From Barthelona sp. PCE (taxonomy: Eukaryota): a stretch of DNA of 64,000 nucleotides. Below, piece by piece: positions 61,508 through 64,000 of this stretch. Position numbers and translations under genes: made by a program. Within the stretch, counting starts at the first letter, position 1; each line of letters starts with the position of its first letter. The notes under the pieces are model-generated. The model made no database searches, was not told where the DNA came from, and saw nothing but the letters and a program-made list of their open reading frames with translations. The stretch is from contig JAUFOR010000002.1 of the NCBI GenBank assembly GCA_040285745.1, forward strand, positions 1,178,001 through 1,242,000, read 5' to 3'.

Positions 61508-64000
61508 TTATTCCCAATCAAAAGGATCAATGAGAGGCTCCTCATCTTCATAGAGGGGACGTGTACAAATCCAGCGACGCGACTCCATCAGCTCAACAAT
61601 TTTTTCTGCAACCATCAAATTCAAGCCTGAAATAGATCTGGCATCAGCAATGGTCAAATAACCTAGTTCCCAACATCGATCAACGTATAGTTCCTTGACA
61701 GCCAAATAGTGGTCAGGAACAACTCTCCATTTCTCACAAAGCTCACGCTCATCAGGCTCAAGGCTCATAGAAAGTGGGTATGGTCCCAAATCAAGGAACG
61801 CACCGAAGGTAGGAGTGGCTGAAGTAAGACAAGCGCAAGCAACGGCGACTGCCTCAAAATCATATGAAGATTCCATAACAAGATCGAGAGTACGTGTACC
61901 ACCCTTGACAACAAGAGATAGTGAACGCTCATCTTGATCAGGATCTATTGCTGCTTGACGGTGGAATACTTCGGTATGTTGACCGAGGATGATTCTAGTG
62001 ACGTCCTTGAGTTCAACGTAATGATCCTTACCCTTATCAGAAATGTCTCCCTTGGGATCACGCCAACATAGACGCGTCCTATCTTGGTTCAAGTGTACAT
62101 ACCTAAGATGAGGCTTACCTGAACGACCAAACTTGATTGCAATGATACCTGCATTTTGTACATACTCGATAATACGTTCATAGAGATCGATAGTTGACTG
62201 ATGACCGAATGCACTTTCATACTCCTCATCTTCCATTTCCTCATCACGTCCTCTTCTGAGCAGCATTTCAGGATTACGTTCAACACGGTTTTGACCAAGA
62301 TCATCGATTTGATCATTATCAATCCAATCATCACCAGGTAGTTTTGATCGAAGCTCCATAATAACATATTCCAGTTCTTCTCTCTTCTTCTTTTCATCCT
62401 CAAGCTGGTTCTGAAGATCCTCATACATAGCCTCCAGTTCAGGATTGACAACCTGTTGTACAGATTCTTCTGGTGGTGGTGGTGGTGGAAGTTCCTCAAG
62501 CCTCTCCTTAAGTTCAGACTCTTTCTTCTTTAACTCGTTCTGAAGCTTTTTAATCTTCTTATCCTTCTTCTTCAAGTCAGCCTTACTTGATTCCATACGT
62601 TTTTTCAAACGAGCAAGCTCTTCCTCAACCTTTTGTAATTTTGCAATTTTTTTACGCAACTCCTTCTTCAGACCTTCTACTTCATCGTTAAACTGGTTTT
62701 GGGCCTCACCTCTGTTAGATTTCATGGTTTCTACAGCATCTTCCAACTCAGTAACACGTTTTAGTGCTTTAGAAAGAGAAATACGAAGGTGCTCATGTTC
62801 GCGTTCATTTTCATTAGATTCAGAACTCTGGTTGCGCAACTGATTCTTTAGATCTTTAATCTTATCTTCAAACTTACGACGTGCTTCACTAAAGTCATGA
62901 ACCAGTTTCTCCTGCTTTGCTTGAGCATCTGTTCTGAACTTCTTCAATACATTTTCTTGCTCACGTTCGTATTCCTGCTTGTACTCATCAAACTCTTCTT
63001 TCAACTCCTCTCTCAATTCATCAAGTTCAAGTTTCAAGTTACTATCAACACTCCTCTTGCGATCATTCTCGAGTCTAGCCAACTCTGTCTTCAATTTCTT
63101 GATTATGAGCGTGATTTGACGCTCAAATTGAGGATTATGCACATCATGATCATCAAACTGAGTACTATAGCCATATACTTCCATGCAAACACGCAGTTCA
63201 GCCTCCAGCCTGATAATTTCATCACTGTTGACCTCATCAGGAACGCTACCGCTAGAAAACTGACTGTTTAAAGAACTTGTTGAAGCAGTGCTACTGGCAC
63301 GAACTCGGGAAGCCTCAGGAAGAATGTCTGAGAATGAAGGGTTCTTATGCGACAACCTTCTTGTGAATTCTAGTGAAATAGCACCACATGGGTCTGTTGG
63401 GGGAAGACATAAACAAAAAAGACAATTACTGTATCCAGATAATGCTGGTTCAAGATATCTCGTCAATAAACACCCTTCTGTGGGAATGGAAAGCTTACCT
63501 TGGTTCATTGCAGCGATACAGCAACCAAGTTTATCAAGAGTAGATGAGACAAACCTAATTTCTTGAGTTTTTTTTGATTTCGACGATGGTTCCGGTGGTA
63601 CACATTCTAAAAAGTACAAAGATGAAGATATTTTCACAGTGGGAGAGATGGGATCAGGTCTTGTGATAATAATGCGAAGCAAAAAAAAAGAATTATCCTT
63701 TCGCTTATGTTGTGAAACTTTCTCGAGAAAAGCTGCTGCTGCGAGCTCATTGGTGATCTTCACGCTCTCTACGTTACGTAATTCAACTTCTTCTGAACGT
63801 GTGTTGACAGATACAGGTTGACTTCCGTTAAGAACATCAAAGAATGTATCACAAAAGTATTCAACGGCCTGTACATGGAGCTCTACGTCATCTTCCAACT
63901 CAGCAAAAATTTGTCCAATGGCCTGATAAGCGAGACCCTCTTGTCCACGACGATAATCAAATAAAGTTGTTGATTTTCCGCCTGTTGCAGGTCCAAAACC
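61508..64000 (-). CDS. Kinesin-like protein (5' partial) with degenerate motor, coiled coil, PH domain and SWIRM-like C-terminus
   Basis: Frame open to the window edge: GFGPATGGKST P-loop; LTRYLEPALSG..CLFCLCLPP; KFGRSGKPH PH domain; ERELCEKWRVVPDHYLAVKE. Confidence 0.75.
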   Translation of the reverse strand, partial: GFGPATGGKSTTLFDYRRGQEGLAYQAIGQIFAELEDDVELHVQAVEYFCDTFFDVLNGSQPVSVNTRSEEVELRNVESVKITNELAAAAFLEKVSQHKRKDNSFFLLRIIITRPDPISPTVKISSSLYFLECVPPEPSSKSKKTQEIRFVSSTLDKLGCCIAAMNQGKLSIPTEGCLLTRYLEPALSGYSNCLFCLCLPPTDPCGAISLEFTRRLSHKNPSFSDILPEASRVRASSTASTSSLNSQFSSGSVPDEVNSDEIIRLEAELRVCMEVYGYSTQFDDHDVHNPQFERQITLIIKKLKTELARLENDRKRSVDSNLKLELDELREELKEEFDEYKQEYEREQENVLKKFRTDAQAKQEKLVHDFSEARRKFEDKIKDLKNQLRNQSSESNENEREHEHLRISLSKALKRVTELEDAVETMKSNRGEAQNQFNDEVEGLKKELRKKIAKLQKVEEELARLKKRMESSKADLKKKDKKIKKLQNELKKKESELKERLEELPPPPPPEESVQQVVNPELEAMYEDLQNQLEDEKKKREELEYVIMELRSKLPGDDWIDNDQIDDLGQNRVERNPEMLLRRGRDEEMEDEEYESAFGHQSTIDLYERIIEYVQNAGIIAIKFGRSGKPHLRYVHLNQDRTRLCWRDPKGDISDKGKDHYVELKDVTRIILGQHTEVFHRQAAIDPDQDERSLSLVVKGGTRTLDLVMESSYDFEAVAVACACLTSATPTFGAFLDLGPYPLSMSLEPDERELCEKWRVVPDHYLAVKELYVDRCWELGYLTIADARSISGLNLMVAEKIVELMESRRWICTRPLYEDEEPLIDPFDWE

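Noticed and set aside
1-64000. Alternative genetic code (TAA/TAG read as Gln)
   Set aside because: Conserved genes are uninterrupted and end at TAA/TAG/TGA where expected. Split ORFs are explained by frameshifts or an intron.
1-64000. CRISPR arrays, rRNA or tRNA genes
   Set aside because: No regularly spaced repeats, rRNA signatures or cloverleaf with a T-loop consensus were seen by eye. tRNAscan was not run.

Overview
A very gene-dense, AT-rich eukaryotic window with about 45 protein-coding genes, intergenic gaps often under 50 bp, the standard genetic code and almost no introns. The gene set (axonemal dynein IC, Nar1, MLF, ALG1, RRP6, Dim1, a Prp16-like helicase) points to a flagellated protist with a compact genome. 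An anaerobic, metamonad-like lineage is my inference and is not demonstrated. Highlights: (1) a GC-shifted, bacterial-type knotted carbamoyltransferase (YgeW family), suggesting laterally acquired anaerobic purine catabolism; (2) one clear 159-nt spliceosomal intron with a fused branch/3' splice site (GTATGT...CTAACTTTTAG) and strong internal hairpins; (3) a non-coding island at about 22.1-22.7 kb with several independently folding RNA candidates, including a U5-like element; (4) an unusually long hAT-type transposase bracketed by an 11-bp inverted repeat; (5) unusual domain fusions (degenerate kinesin-PH-SWIRM, ZnF-UBP-PH, PBZ-macro); (6) other bacterial-type genes (flavodoxin, DUF1963/YwqG) and two genes split by -1 frameshifts. 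All family calls come from motif recognition by eye; no database searches were run.
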